A DNA stretch of 24,912 nt. Source: a virus. Taxonomy: Duplodnaviria > Heunggongvirae > Uroviricota > Caudoviricetes. The first letter of the stretch is position 1. Each line of letters starts with the position of its first letter. The DNA lies in IMG/VR virus record IMGVR_UViG_2531839583_000011, positions 1-24,912 of that record; one strand, 5' to 3'. Made by a program: the position numbers and the translations under genes. Below are positions 1 to 8,985 of this stretch, in pieces. The notes under the pieces were generated by a model. The model did not search any database and was not told where the DNA came from. It worked only from the letters and a program-made list of their open reading frames with translations.

Positions 1-1236
1 CTACGATAACCGCGCATTCAACATAGCTACCTGTTCGTCGTTCATGTCATCAATCCACATACCGTAAATTTCATACACCATCTGCGCAGTTTCATGCCCC
101 ATCTGGCTGGCTATAAATGCCGGGTTCGCTCCTGCCGTCAACAGCCAGCAGGCAAAAGTATGTCGCGTATGGTACGGATTACGGCGGCGAATACCAGCAC
201 GTTTTACTGCTGCATTCCATCTCGCACCCAAACTGCTTACCGAGTAATAAGGTTTCTGTTTTCCGTTACACATCCTGGGCATGAAAACAAAATGCAGTTT
301 TTGCTTTTCGGTTCTGCCGTACTCCCGATGATAAAAAGTGATTTCGCTTTTGCGATGATGCCCGGTCAGTTTGTATTGCTCCTTCAGTGCTTCAAGAGCT
401 GGCTGTAGTAATGTTACCGTCCGGATCCCGGCATTTGTTTTTGGGGGACCGAACATATCAAGTATCGTCAGGTTTCTTCTGACATTCACAATTCCCTTCT
501 CGAAATCCACATCCTCCCACGCCAGAGCTGCCAGTTCCCCGTGACGAAGCCCGGAGTAAACGGCAAATTTCCACAAGTTTTGGCTCTGTCCTTTTTCACT
601 TTCCATTAATGCATTGAATTCTGTTTTAGATAACGGGTCAGGCTTTATTCTGTTTCGCTGTAATTTTTTTACTCCTTCAAATGGTTTGGTTGATATAAAT
701 CCCGACTGATACGCAAAACGTAACAGCGAACAGAGCAGGGCGATATAGTTATCAACTGTGCGCACGGTTCTTCCTTTTTTGTTGGATCTTGGATTATCCA
801 GGTAAAGCGTTTCTCCATGCAGCAGTTCATTCCGGTAGTTTAAGATATCGCTATAACGAATATATGATATCGGGGTACTTTCACAAATTATTATTCTGAG
901 TGTTTTTAATTGTGATTTCGTTTTCTTCATTGTGTTTGTTGTTAACTCTGTCTCTTTAATTTTTGTCCAGATATCACAAAGCTCCCCGAACGTTTTTATG
1001 ACTCTCGTTGTCACCATTTTTGCCCCAGTGCTGGACTGGGGAAAACGTCTTAAATACTCAAATTCACCGGAGTTTATTTCATGAACTATCAGCGCTCTTA
1101 AATTTCCGGCTTTTTTAATATTACTGTTTGTAATCTCCCAGCCTTTTAATGTTTCCCGACATCGTTTTCCTCGAAACATGAACCAGATGCGAATGTTTCT
1201 ACCTCTAATCTCGACACCTGTTGGTAATTTAGACAT
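1..1236 (-). CDS. intR: Prophage tyrosine integrase (Rac IntR-like), complete, 411 aa
   Basis: Full-length ORF whose stop codon lies at window bases 1-3. The C-terminal tyrosine-recombinase signature is visible (HGELAALAWEDV ... HTRHTFACWLLTAGANPAFIASQMGHET ... VYEIY). It sits beside an excisionase-like gene. The length matches my recollection of K-12 IntR. Confidence 0.93.
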   Translation of the reverse strand: MSKLPTGVEIRGRNIRIWFMFRGKRCRETLKGWEITNSNIKKAGNLRALIVHEINSGEFEYLRRFPQSSTGAKMVTTRVIKTFGELCDIWTKIKETELTTNTMKKTKSQLKTLRIIICESTPISYIRYSDILNYRNELLHGETLYLDNPRSNKKGRTVRTVDNYIALLCSLLRFAYQSGFISTKPFEGVKKLQRNRIKPDPLSKTEFNALMESEKGQSQNLWKFAVYSGLRHGELAALAWEDVDFEKGIVNVRRNLTILDMFGPPKTNAGIRTVTLLQPALEALKEQYKLTGHHRKSEITFYHREYGRTEKQKLHFVFMPRMCNGKQKPYYSVSSLGARWNAAVKRAGIRRRNPYHTRHTFACWLLTAGANPAFIASQMGHETAQMVYEIYGMWIDDMNDEQVAMLNARLS

Positions 1237-1237
1237 A

Positions 1238-1453
1238 TCATGAGTCTTTGATAAACTGATTTATCTTTGGATAGTTGTACCAGATAATCCCTCGTTTGCT
1301 GTCTGGCTTACCTAAAGGAGATACTCGTTTGAAGTGGAAGCCCTCCACCCAACAGTTCTGGCGGTATGCTTCAATTTGTCTGGCCCCCAGACCAGTGCGA
1401 AGCATCAGGCCGTATTCAACCATCCACTCTTCATTAAAGATTACTTGTGCCAT
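1238..1453 (-). CDS. xisR: Excisionase (Rac XisR/YdaQ-like), 71 aa
   Basis: Internal Met at 1453 is preceded by a GAGGTGA Shine-Dalgarno. The product starts [16 protein letters not shown]. The stop lies 1 nt from the int start. The small basic protein is in the canonical xis position. Confidence 0.8.
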   Translation of the reverse strand: MAQVIFNEEWMVEYGLMLRTGLGARQIEAYRQNCWVEGFHFKRVSPLGKPDSKRGIIWYNYPKINQFIKDS

Positions 1454-1552
1454 CGCATCACCTCTGGCAGGCGCCAATGTTAGACTGAAATTGACGCCTG
1501 ATGTTGATTATTAATAATCAGCTATGAAGTTTTAATTTGAATACAATGCAAT

Positions 1553-1741
1553 TCACGAGGACTGAAGTTTCTCGCAATTAAAATTTATCAGTTTTACTTT
1601 CTGCTCTCTGGAAACGCCTGCTTCTTTTTTACCTGAGAGCATTTTTTCGCATTCTGATTTCGTTAGTTTAGATTTTGAATATCTTGTCCAGTTAGTAGGA
1701 GTGCCACCTTCCTTTTCAATTGTAGCGGTAATTTTATACAT
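1553..1741 (-). CDS. ydaC: Rac YdaC-like small protein (function unknown)
   Basis: ATG at 1741 is preceded by GGAGG and overlaps the ralR stop. The product starts MYKITATIEKEGGTPTNW. Alternative upstream starts exist at 1753 and 1813. Confidence 0.6.
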   Translation of the reverse strand: MYKITATIEKEGGTPTNWTRYSKSKLTKSECEKMLSGKKEAGVSREQKVKLINFNCEKLQSS

Positions 1742-1940
1742 GAACGCCTCCATTAATATTTTCAGTGGTTCGTTTATTCCATCTTTCGAGCGCTTCTTTT
1801 TCACTTCCACCATAGCCAGTTCGGGATTCGCATCCGTTGCATTTTGCCCGGTAATATCCTGAAATGTCTTTCACCGTTACTGATGGACAACCACAAAACG
1901 GACATGGTTTAACATCGTCATATCTCAAAGTTTTTGTCAT
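1734..1940 (-). CDS. ralR: Restriction-alleviation protein Lar/RalR (reported as a type I TA toxin with DNase activity)
   Basis: The product starts MTKTLRYDDVKPCPFCGCPSVTVKD and continues ...CNGCESRTG, giving a CxxC...CxxC zinc-ribbon pattern. I recognise it as Rac RalR-like. It lies directly downstream of recT, as in Rac. Confidence 0.8.
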   Translation of the reverse strand: MTKTLRYDDVKPCPFCGCPSVTVKDISGYYRAKCNGCESRTGYGGSEKEALERWNKRTTENINGGVHV

Positions 1941-1984
1941 AAAAACTATCTCACGTTGGCGGTGCATTACACCGCCAGGCTGGA

Positions 1985-2818
1985 TTATTCTTCTGGATTA
2001 TCGATTACACTGTATTCCCCGGCTATAACCGATATGTCGTCTGGATTAATTGTTTCCACCTCTTTTCCATCCATCGATACTGCACGCTGGATTTCAATAG
2101 ATACCGGCAGATACTTGAACAGTTTTCGTATCACTGTCTTTTTGGCCATGTCTTCAAAGTGTTCATCCCAGATGGACGACGCCCCTTTTGACGCTGCGTT
2201 TTTTGCCGCCTTGCTGTGTGTGTCGCGAACTTTTTCTACTTGTTTGCGGGTCATGACTTCAAACTGCACTCCTCCGTCTTTCAGTTTTGCAACAGCATAG
2301 ACATGGGTTATAGGGGCATCTTCGTTTTCACCGGGACGATGAACCAGTTTTTCATCAAGGCCAAGTTCATAGCTGAATTCATCACATTCACGGACAACAC
2401 GAGCTGACAGACTGATGATTTGACCTGATCGACGGGCAAGGTCGATCATGCCGCGATAACCGATGATCAGCTGTACGTTCTTCTTACCGTTTTTTGCTTT
2501 TCCGTTGCCGAACGGTAGCAGATATGCATGACCGAGGGCGCTACCTGGCTCAAGTCCGAGCTGTGAACACTGTACGATGGCACCGATAAAACTCGTCGAG
2601 TCACAGTTTCTTAGTTCCGGTACTTTACGGATTTCTGTTGTAGCAATGCGGATCATGCGTTCCGCTGTCATGTGACGTGGCAGAGCTGCTGCCAGTTGCG
2701 CTTTCATTGCCGGGCTGTTAATCACGCACAGCACATCCTTATCGTTAACTGCTGCTGGTGCACGGTTTCCCTGAGTTTTTTGCAGATCGGCTTTTGCGAT
2801 AGGTGGTTGCTTAGTCAT
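1985..2818 (-). CDS. recT: RecT single-strand annealing recombinase
   Basis: The in-frame Met at 2818 gives a product starting [21 protein letters not shown], which I recognise as RecT. Its start overlaps the recE stop by 8 nt. At 277 aa it appears to be a somewhat diverged allele of the roughly 269-aa K-12 protein, as far as I recall that length. Confidence 0.95.
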   Translation of the reverse strand: MTKQPPIAKADLQKTQGNRAPAAVNDKDVLCVINSPAMKAQLAAALPRHMTAERMIRIATTEIRKVPELRNCDSTSFIGAIVQCSQLGLEPGSALGHAYLLPFGNGKAKNGKKNVQLIIGYRGMIDLARRSGQIISLSARVVRECDEFSYELGLDEKLVHRPGENEDAPITHVYAVAKLKDGGVQFEVMTRKQVEKVRDTHSKAAKNAASKGASSIWDEHFEDMAKKTVIRKLFKYLPVSIEIQRAVSMDGKEVETINPDDISVIAGEYSVIDNPEE

Positions 2819-5411
2819 TTGCATACTCCTTAGCCCAGCGGGGCAGTGATAACGTCTTAATAGCTGGCCATTCATCGGTATTTAGGCAGTCAGCCAGGGT
2901 CCGCAGATTGCGGTGATATTCCTGCTGGCCTGCCAGTTTTGCTTCTTCGCCCATCATGAAAATCTCAACCGGATAACGTCCGCATTCAACAGTTGTGCTG
3001 GCAACCAGAAAAACGAAAGTTGGCTGCACACCAAACTGTGCTTCATAACCGTCACTGTAGAATGCATCCTGAACGTGATAGCGGTAGTCGTAATAAGACG
3101 TTTTGAATCGTTGAATATCCGCTGTGGTTTTCACGTCCATGATCCAGTGAAATTCAGGAATAATTTTGTCCGGACGGCACCGACACAAAATTCCTGTTTC
3201 CGGATCTTCCCAGTAAATTGATGATTCAGCGTGTCCGGCGCTTTCAACAAGCCATTGCCCCAGCGGCAAAGCCATAACGCTTTGATACATGAGTTCAATT
3301 TTCCGGCCTTCTTCCGCAGTGATAACCGTTTTTCCTGTGCTTGCGCATTCCATCAGAAACGCTTTCTCTTCTTCTTTTCCGGCGTTTGTACGGCGGTTAA
3401 ATTCAGGTGCTACGATAAAGCGGTTACTAAATTCTTCCGGTTCAAGTACCCGGCAGTGGAAAGCGGTTCCTAAATCGAGCGTTTTTGTCTTTGTAGTGTC
3501 CACGGGGGCATTTTTACGCCACAAATACAGTGCCGGAGTATCAGCAATGTCATCGAGCTGAGACTTACTGACACCGGGACCCGCGTGGTAATTCTCATTC
3601 GAAATTCCGTAATAAATACCGGGCTCTATGTCTTCTACGATTACGGGATCTGCGACTTCGCCAGTTTCATCACTGCAATCGCGATGCGGATCGCTGCCAG
3701 CATTCTCATTGTGCGGATGTTCAGCGCCTTCCATTTCCTCCGGATCTTTTTCCTTAGCTTCAACCTGATTCTCTTCACCGAATGTTTCCTGGTATGTTGC
3801 GTCGCCCATCACCGCACCACAGTCAGGGCAGTTATCCCCGCCAGTCTGACCGCAGGCATTGCAGACTATTTCCTGTTCCTGTTGCACTACTGGCTCAGGT
3901 TGTTTCGCATCCGGGCTGATTATTTCCGTTTCTGGCTGGTTCTGGTACACAGAATCGCGAGTCTGGATCCCCTTTACCCATTTCGGATCGTTCGGGTCGC
4001 TAATTCCGTCAACAAATTCACCACGTGATGCAGCAAGCAATTTATCGGCATCGACAGGATCTTTTGATGGAATGTTTTTTCGGGCTTCATGGAGTTCTGC
4101 CCGCAGTTCCTGATATTTCGCATCAACAGAATTTACCTGTGACTGAGCATCCAGCGGCTGCGTGTCCTGATGATGTTCAGTTGCGTCCGGTTCCATTGTT
4201 TCAGCCTCTCCCTGTTCAACTGCCGTTGTTCCAGATGGTTGCGGTTTTTCTTCATCATCCTGTTTTCCTTCTTCTGTTACTCGCTGCGGCATCGGGGCAG
4301 AGGAGCGACCGCAGGCAATATCCACGATTTCCGGATCAGGGTTGGCATGATCGGTTTCAGTCAGTACTTTGTTCAGATATTCAGTGACGTGCGCGGGGAT
4401 GACCTCGATCCCAATTGGTGCTTCTTTTACGGACGCAACCACGATGGCGCGGGAATAATCCAGCCCGCCAGGCATGGTGATGAATTTGTCGCGGAAAACA
4501 GAAAAGGGCGGTTTATTTTCAGCGATAATTTCCTCAATGCGTTTAGCGTGTGCCGGATGAAGGTTATAGATGTCCAGATCCATTGAACGGGCCAGTACGC
4601 CAGTGGCTACGTCGCACGCCAGTGACGTCAGATCGTGTACGAAACCTTCGCCGCGATCGGTGAGGTTTCCGCCGCCAGCATTAGCACCGGAAGCCGTGCG
4701 AGTGATGTGTGAAACACGATTACCCTTCATCCACTCTTTTGTCAGCAGTCCTCGATCGGTGTAGTCAGCGTTCAGGTATGCTTCGAAAAAAGCAGTTATC
4801 AGTCCCAGGTTTGAATTACCAGGATTAGGGAAAACTTTGTCAGTGTCACGAACCAGTTTGTGGAGTTCGCGAATTTCCAGCGGGTCGAGCAGGCTGGTTT
4901 TGTGGGAAACAGCCAGGGCAGTAACAGCCGGTAGTTCTTCAGCCCGAGCAATGTGTAATGCCTGGAGTCCGTCGCGTGAAACGTGCGTTACCGGTTTTTC
5001 GCTGCCGTGTTGAGCAAGCCAACGAATGGGCAGTTCCTGGCCAGAAATTGGGAGTAGCATATTCTCCTCAATCTCAGTCATGTCTTCGCCGTTGACGTTG
5101 GTATTGCCTTGATAGTGAGCGTTGTCTGGTGCTGCTCCCGGTTTTAGTTCCCATGTCATGGAGTCTTTGCTGAGTTGATAGCGTTCACTCCAGGTAAAAT
5201 CGATCTCACCTTCAGCGGGCAGGTCATTAACGACAGGAAAATTCGTGGCAACAGCTTTAAAATAGCTGCTCAGTTTTTTACCTGACTTAACGATCAGGTA
5301 GTCCAGAGTGGCACAGGTCGATTCAAAATCGTTGCTTGCCCACAGGACGACGTCAGGTTCACCGGATGATTTTTTCGCTTTCCGTAACAGGAAGAGTGGT
5401 TTTGTGCTCAT
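2811..5411 (-). CDS. recE: RecE exonuclease VIII
   Basis: The 866-aa ORF has the same length as K-12 RecE. The C-terminal nuclease region is recognisable ([24 protein letters not shown] ... [31 protein letters not shown]). An acidic low-complexity middle region is also present. Confidence 0.95.
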   Translation of the reverse strand: MSTKPLFLLRKAKKSSGEPDVVLWASNDFESTCATLDYLIVKSGKKLSSYFKAVATNFPVVNDLPAEGEIDFTWSERYQLSKDSMTWELKPGAAPDNAHYQGNTNVNGEDMTEIEENMLLPISGQELPIRWLAQHGSEKPVTHVSRDGLQALHIARAEELPAVTALAVSHKTSLLDPLEIRELHKLVRDTDKVFPNPGNSNLGLITAFFEAYLNADYTDRGLLTKEWMKGNRVSHITRTASGANAGGGNLTDRGEGFVHDLTSLACDVATGVLARSMDLDIYNLHPAHAKRIEEIIAENKPPFSVFRDKFITMPGGLDYSRAIVVASVKEAPIGIEVIPAHVTEYLNKVLTETDHANPDPEIVDIACGRSSAPMPQRVTEEGKQDDEEKPQPSGTTAVEQGEAETMEPDATEHHQDTQPLDAQSQVNSVDAKYQELRAELHEARKNIPSKDPVDADKLLAASRGEFVDGISDPNDPKWVKGIQTRDSVYQNQPETEIISPDAKQPEPVVQQEQEIVCNACGQTGGDNCPDCGAVMGDATYQETFGEENQVEAKEKDPEEMEGAEHPHNENAGSDPHRDCSDETGEVADPVIVEDIEPGIYYGISNENYHAGPGVSKSQLDDIADTPALYLWRKNAPVDTTKTKTLDLGTAFHCRVLEPEEFSNRFIVAPEFNRRTNAGKEEEKAFLMECASTGKTVITAEEGRKIELMYQSVMALPLGQWLVESAGHAESSIYWEDPETGILCRCRPDKIIPEFHWIMDVKTTADIQRFKTSYYDYRYHVQDAFYSDGYEAQFGVQPTFVFLVASTTVECGRYPVEIFMMGEEAKLAGQQEYHRNLRTLADCLNTDEWPAIKTLSLPRWAKEYAND

Positions 5412-5482
5412 TGTTTTTTAACCTCAACTCAGATTAAAATTCGTTTTGTTCAGTGAATGATCTTGCCGGATACACACTGTTC

Positions 5483-5507
5483 ATAGCCTGCGCCATACGC
5501 AGGCTAT
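5483..5507. repeat. Perfect 10-bp-stem inverted repeat between racC and recE
   Basis: The repeat reads ATAGCCTGCG-CCATA-CGCAGGCTAT. On the + strand it is followed by TTCTTTC. On the - strand, which is the coding strand here, no U-tract follows. Confidence 0.5.
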
Positions 5508-5512
5508 TTCTT

Positions 5513-5788
5513 TCAGATTTCACCTTTTAATTTCATTGCAATTAGAGTTGCCAGAAATTCGGCTTTTTTTTCTGCGGGCAGATTCTTTCCGATATGCACC
5601 AGGCACATTTTTTTGACACCTTCATCAAGTGTTTTTACGTTGCCTGATGGACCATCGATATCAACCACAGTGAATGGGGTTTCTTTATTTTCTGTTTTAA
5701 TTACGTAGCCAATGCGCTTTCCTTCCAGATTCACCTCGTGAACAATGTCATCGGTAGTTACAACAGTGGCTTCATAATTGGTAATCAT
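5513..5788 (-). CDS. racC: RacC (Rac prophage protein, function unknown), 91 aa
   Basis: Met at 5788 is preceded by AAGGAG. The product starts MITNYEATVVTTDDIVHEVNLEGKRIGYV, which I recognise as RacC. The 91-aa length agrees. Confidence 0.85.
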   Translation of the reverse strand: MITNYEATVVTTDDIVHEVNLEGKRIGYVIKTENKETPFTVVDIDGPSGNVKTLDEGVKKMCLVHIGKNLPAEKKAEFLATLIAMKLKGEI

Positions 5789-5862
5789 GTTTTTCTCCTT
5801 AATTAAGGTTGAGCGAATACCTGCCATTTCTGGCATAAATTCAGTTTCGAATAGTCAATTAA

Positions 5863-6033
5863 TTAAAGTTCATGTGCCATCTGGTCTTTTTCGGCACAAG
5901 CTTCACTGCAATATTTTCTCGGTTCGTCTTTTGATAAAATCCCGTGCATGAAGTGAAGCATTCTTTCAATAGCTTTGCTTTCTTCAACGTCTTTTTTGCA
6001 AAGGTGGTAAGCACATTTTATTTTCTTAGTCAT
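5863..6033 (-). CDS. ydaE: YdaE-like small zinc-binding protein, 56 aa (not in the ORF track because it is under 60 aa)
   Basis: My own translation of the - strand is [56 protein letters not shown]. The start overlaps the kilR stop (TGATG). An alternative ATG lies at 6039. Confidence 0.7.
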   Translation of the reverse strand: MTKKIKCAYHLCKKDVEESKAIERMLHFMHGILSKDEPRKYCSEACAEKDQMAHEL

Positions 6034-6254
6034 CACCATGACTCCGCCTTTACAGGTAAACCATCACGACCGAGGAAGACTTTAATCATGCGGTCAGTAA
6101 TGCATGTTTTTGTGGTCAGGTTACGAATATATAGTTTTCGCTTTTTAATATTGTTTGCCGAGGCAATATATGTCCGGCCTTCATGAAGAACATAATCGCC
6201 AGGAGTCACACACTGACGTGGTATTTCATCAGTTCCGAAGTGATGTGCAATCAT
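6033..6254 (-). CDS. kilR: KilR (FtsZ/cell-division inhibitor of Rac), 73 aa
   Basis: The product starts [42 protein letters not shown], which I recognise as KilR. The internal Met at 6254 gives the known 73-aa length. Confidence 0.85.
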   Translation of the reverse strand: MIAHHFGTDEIPRQCVTPGDYVLHEGRTYIASANNIKKRKLYIRNLTTKTCITDRMIKVFLGRDGLPVKAESW

Positions 6255-6427
6255 AATTATCTCCATTTTTACAAATGAACTTTGTTGATGCGGTGCCTGG
6301 TGCCTCCAGGTGACTGCAACCAGTTAACAATTACAGTCGGCTTTCCCACCCAAACCAATAAGGACTAACATGACTTTTAACTGTGCCACGTGCGCTTAGC
6401 CGCATTCACCGCATCACAAAATTCACT

Positions 6428-6477
6428 TTAAAAAGGGCGGACATCAGCCGAACTTCAAGAAAAAAACTGATGCCGCC
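6428..6477 (-). terminator. Candidate leftward terminator upstream of kilR
   Basis: On the - strand GGCGGCATCAG pairs with CTGATGTCCGCC (11 bp with one bulge, 19-nt loop) and is followed by CTTTTTAAA. The loop is unusually long, so this call is tentative. Confidence 0.3.
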
Positions 6478-6695
6478 AGGACTACACACAGCAATGTCGT
6501 TATTTACAACCGGAGGCGCACTCCCACCATTTAAATTTAACAGACAAGACCGACTCTTTATGGATATCGGAAATGCGCCTTCGTGTTGTGCCCGGTTTTA
6601 TTTCACCACCTCCGGGCTTCGGTGGTCTCGGCTATACCCCTACAGCGAGAGCTTGTGTTAACATTTCAATACCCTTACAGTTGAGAGTTATTGAT

Positions 6696-7184
6696 ATGTT
6701 GGATGTATTTACTCCATTGTTGAAACTTTTTGCTAACGAGCCACTCGAAAGACTTATGTATACGATTATCATTTTTGGTCTCACTCTCTGGCTGATACCG
6801 AAAGAGTTTACTGTCGCATTCAATGCTTATACTGAAATACCTTGGCTCTTTCAGATTATCGTTTTTGCCTTTTCTTTCGTGGTCGCCATTTCCTTCTCAA
6901 GATTGCGAGCACATATTCAAAAGCATTATTCATTACTACCAGAGCAACGAGTATTGCTTCGTTTATCTGAGAAAGAAATCGCTGTATTTAAAGATTTCCT
7001 TAAAACAGGAAATCTTATTATCACTTCTCCTTGCCGTAACCCGGTTATGAAAAAATTAGAACGGAAGGGCATCATTCAACATCAGAGGGATAGCGCAAAC
7101 TGTTCTTATTATCTCGTCACCGAAAAATACTCCCATTTTATGAAGTTATTCTGGAACAGCAGGAGTAGACGTTTTAATCGTTAG
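6696..7184 (+). CDS. sieB: SieB superinfection-exclusion protein, 162 aa
   Basis: The internal Met at 6696 gives a product starting MLDVFTPLLKLFANEPLERLMYTIIIFGLTLWLIP, with two hydrophobic segments. I recognise it as Rac SieB, and the length matches. Confidence 0.9.
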   Translation: MLDVFTPLLKLFANEPLERLMYTIIIFGLTLWLIPKEFTVAFNAYTEIPWLFQIIVFAFSFVVAISFSRLRAHIQKHYSLLPEQRVLLRLSEKEIAVFKDFLKTGNLIITSPCRNPVMKKLERKGIIQHQRDSANCSYYLVTEKYSHFMKLFWNSRSRRFNR

Positions 7185-7336
7185 CTTACTGTGTGCTTCT
7201 CCAACCATCGGCGCGCACCAGTTTCGGTTTTAAATGTTTTGCTTTTGGTATACGTCATGGCAGTGAACGTTCCATCCTGGTTGGAGAACACGCCGCACAC
7301 CAGGGATTCGTTGTTGCCGAGGTCGATTTTTTGCAT
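7181..7336 (-). CDS. ydaF: YdaF-like small protein, 51 aa (not in the ORF track)
   Basis: My own translation is MQKIDLGNNESLVCGVFSNQDGTFTAMTYTKSKTFKTETGARRWLEKHTVS. The 51-aa length matches my recollection of K-12 YdaF. The gene overlaps the sieB end convergently by 4 nt. Confidence 0.65.
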   Translation of the reverse strand: MQKIDLGNNESLVCGVFSNQDGTFTAMTYTKSKTFKTETGARRWLEKHTVS

Positions 7337-7346
7337 TTTGCGAATC

Positions 7347-7481
7347 TCACATCTTGTTGCTACGTATAGCGACTTCTGCCTGCCAGAGATCCTAGTCGTT
7401 GCTGCGTAAAGCCTGCACAGCCTGGTTGTAAGTGATACCGCAACAATCCATCAAATACTGAACTACTTCGTAATGCACCAT
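7347..7481 (-). pseudogene. ydaG: ydaG-like reading frame interrupted by an in-frame amber codon
   Basis: The frame reads MVHYEVVQYLMDCCGITYNQAVQALRSND, then TAG at 7392-7394, then DLWQAEVAIRSNKM and a stop. Its total length is 44 codons, which equals the K-12 YdaG length as I recall it. Confidence 0.5.
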
Positions 7482-7648
7482 CTTATCTCTCCCCTTAACG
7501 CCGGGTGGCGGAACTAACTGCTGCACTGCAAAATTTGAATCCCGCCGTCATGTTCATACGCCTCGGGCTGGCTACTTAACCCCTGACCACTGCCTGGTAA
7601 CTCGAAGTATTGCCCGGCGTTCTGTGGGGCGGGGTGGGTTGGTAGGTA

Positions 7649-7695
7649 TATAATGTACTTTGTGTTCATCATTGTAAAGTACTTTAAGTACATTT
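7649..7695 (-). promoter_or_regulatory. Candidate leftward early promoter (pL-like) overlapped by GTAC-core operator repeats
   Basis: On the - strand the -35 is TTTACA (7673-7678), the spacer is 17 bp, and the -10 is CATTAT (7650-7655). AATGTACT occurs at 7652-7659 (+) and at 7687-7694 (-). A perfect palindrome, AAAGTACTTT, lies at 7676-7685. Confidence 0.45.
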
Positions 7696-7768
7696 TATGT
7701 ATAAAAAAATGAGACGGGATAAAGTGAAGCACAAACCCGGAGGGGGACGCTACCGGATTTATGCTGGT

Positions 7769-8188
7769 TTAAGAGGCTTTTTGTTTTTTCTTTCGTGCTA
7801 ACTCTTCGTAAATTGCATTGTACTTCTGTTTTTTCTCCTCAAGAGTTTTTAAAAGTTCATCTGTCTCACTGTCAGGGAGCTCGTCCAGAAGGTCAATGAT
7901 GATTTTTTGTCTTGGATTTAACTCCTGATAGAAACGTATCTGTCCACTTTCTTCTGTATCCTCTCCCAAAAGATAGGTTGGTGTTGTTCCAATGAGTGTT
8001 GCTAATTCCCTTAATTTCTCTCGGCGAGGAATTGTTTCACCATTAAACCATTTGCTAACCGCTTTTGGTGTTAATTTCATTCGACGGGCAATTTCTGCCT
8101 GCCTTCCATGTTGTTCATAACCAGCGTTTTCACAGGCTAGCGCAAGCCTACTGGCGAACTCTTTACGCGCTTTATCTTCATGAACCAT
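7769..8188 (-). CDS. CI-like prophage repressor (XRE-family HTH, no S24 peptidase domain), in the racR position
   Basis: The 139-aa product has an N-terminal HTH (GRQAEIARRMKLTPKAVSKWFNGETIPRREKLRELATLIG) and a charged coiled-coil-like C-terminus. It is divergent from a Cro-like gene. I do not recognise the sequence well enough to assert that it is identical to K-12 RacR. Confidence 0.8.
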   Translation of the reverse strand: MVHEDKARKEFASRLALACENAGYEQHGRQAEIARRMKLTPKAVSKWFNGETIPRREKLRELATLIGTTPTYLLGEDTEESGQIRFYQELNPRQKIIIDLLDELPDSETDELLKTLEEKKQKYNAIYEELARKKKQKAS

Positions 8189-8267
8189 AAGTTCAATGAT
8201 ATTCGCTCTTGAATGTACTGTCAGTTCTGTTATAGCATGTACTCAAAGTTCACATTGTGAGGATGAT
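8189..8267. promoter_or_regulatory. Divergent immunity control region (OR-like) with two ATGTACT repeats
   Basis: ATGTACT occurs at 8213-8219 and 8237-8243. This 24-bp spacing equals the spacing of two GTAC cores in the left-hand region. A candidate rightward promoter has TTGAAT (8209-8214), a 16-bp spacer, and TATAGC (8231-8236). Confidence 0.45.
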
Positions 8268-8522
8268 ATGAACCAGAAAACACTTGAAGATGTAATCAAA
8301 ACTGTTCGCGTTTCTGTTGTGGCCGACGTTTGTGGTGTCAGCCAAAGAGCAATCTACAAATGGATGGATAACGGAAAATTGCCTCGCACAGAATATACCG
8401 GCGAAACAAATTACGCTGAAAAAATCGCTCATGCATCAAACGGATTATTTTCTGCCGATGCAATTTTAACTATTGGCAGAAATAAAACTACTACGAAAAA
8501 GCTGATGGGAGTTGATTCATGA
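8268..8522 (+). CDS. Cro/YdaS-position HTH protein, 84 aa
   Basis: Met at 8268 is preceded by GAGGA. An HTH is visible (VVADVCGVSQRAIYKWMDNGKLP). It is the first gene of the rightward operon, and its stop overlaps the next start as ATGA. Confidence 0.75.
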   Translation: MNQKTLEDVIKTVRVSVVADVCGVSQRAIYKWMDNGKLPRTEYTGETNYAEKIAHASNGLFSADAILTIGRNKTTTKKLMGVDS

Positions 8523-8941
8523 AAATCAAGCATGAGCACATCGAATCAGTGTTGTTAGCCCTGGCAGCCGAAAAAGGGCAGGCGTGGGTCGCTAACGCAA
8601 TTACTGAAGAATATCTGCGCCAGGGGGGCGGCGAATTGCCCCTGGTACCAGGCAAGGACTGGAACAATCAGCAGAATATCTATCATCGTTGGTTGAAAGG
8701 TGAAACGAATGCGCAAAGGGAAAAAATTCAGAAACTGATCCCTGCGGTTCTGGCAATTCTTCCTCGCGAGCTGCGTCACCGACTCTGCATCTTCGATACC
8801 CTGGAACGCCGTGCATTACTGGCGGCACAGGATGCACTGAGTACGGCAATTGATGCGCATGATGATGCAGTCCAGGCCGTTTACCGTAAAGCACATTTCA
8901 GCGGCGGCGGTTCTCCTAGCGATTCTGTCGTAGTGCATTGA
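8519..8941 (+). CDS. ydaT: YdaT-family protein (CII-like regulator / reported toxin of Rac), 140 aa
   Basis: The product starts MKIKHEHIESVLLALAAEKGQAWVANAITEEYL. The length and position match Rac YdaT, and it is translationally coupled to the cro-like gene. Confidence 0.7.
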   Translation: MKIKHEHIESVLLALAAEKGQAWVANAITEEYLRQGGGELPLVPGKDWNNQQNIYHRWLKGETNAQREKIQKLIPAVLAILPRELRHRLCIFDTLERRALLAAQDALSTAIDAHDDAVQAVYRKAHFSGGGSPSDSVVVH

Positions 8942-8985
8942 TTGAAATTAATCGTACCGAACTGTTTTGTTCGGTATCAGTTAAA

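Noticed and set aside
94-408. A 104-aa + strand ORF inside the integrase gene.
   Set aside because: It is antisense to a confidently identified integrase, and its composition resembles a shadow ORF.
1505-1520. A perfect 16-bp palindrome, TGATTATTAATAATCA, between xis and ydaC.
   Set aside because: It is pure AT-rich symmetry in a short intergenic spacer. It could be a protein-binding site, but I have no supporting context, so I do not report it as a feature.
2913-4764. A series of + strand ORFs of 64-147 aa (for example 3585-4028, 4025-4387 and 4170-4586) lying opposite recE.
   Set aside because: All lie antisense within the well-supported 866-aa recE gene. Their products are low-complexity, Phe/Leu/Arg-rich and typical of shadow frames, and none has a ribosome-binding site.
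6383-6661. A 92-aa + strand ORF, plus the N-terminal 41-codon extension of the sieB ORF from 6573.
   Set aside because: It has no Shine-Dalgarno and I recognise no family. The known 162-aa SieB starts at 6696, and the region contains hairpins more consistent with non-coding leader or terminator sequence.
7514-7732. A 72-aa - strand ORF between ydaG and the repressor gene.
   Set aside because: It covers the candidate pL-like promoter and operator cluster. It has no Shine-Dalgarno and odd composition, so it is more likely regulatory DNA.
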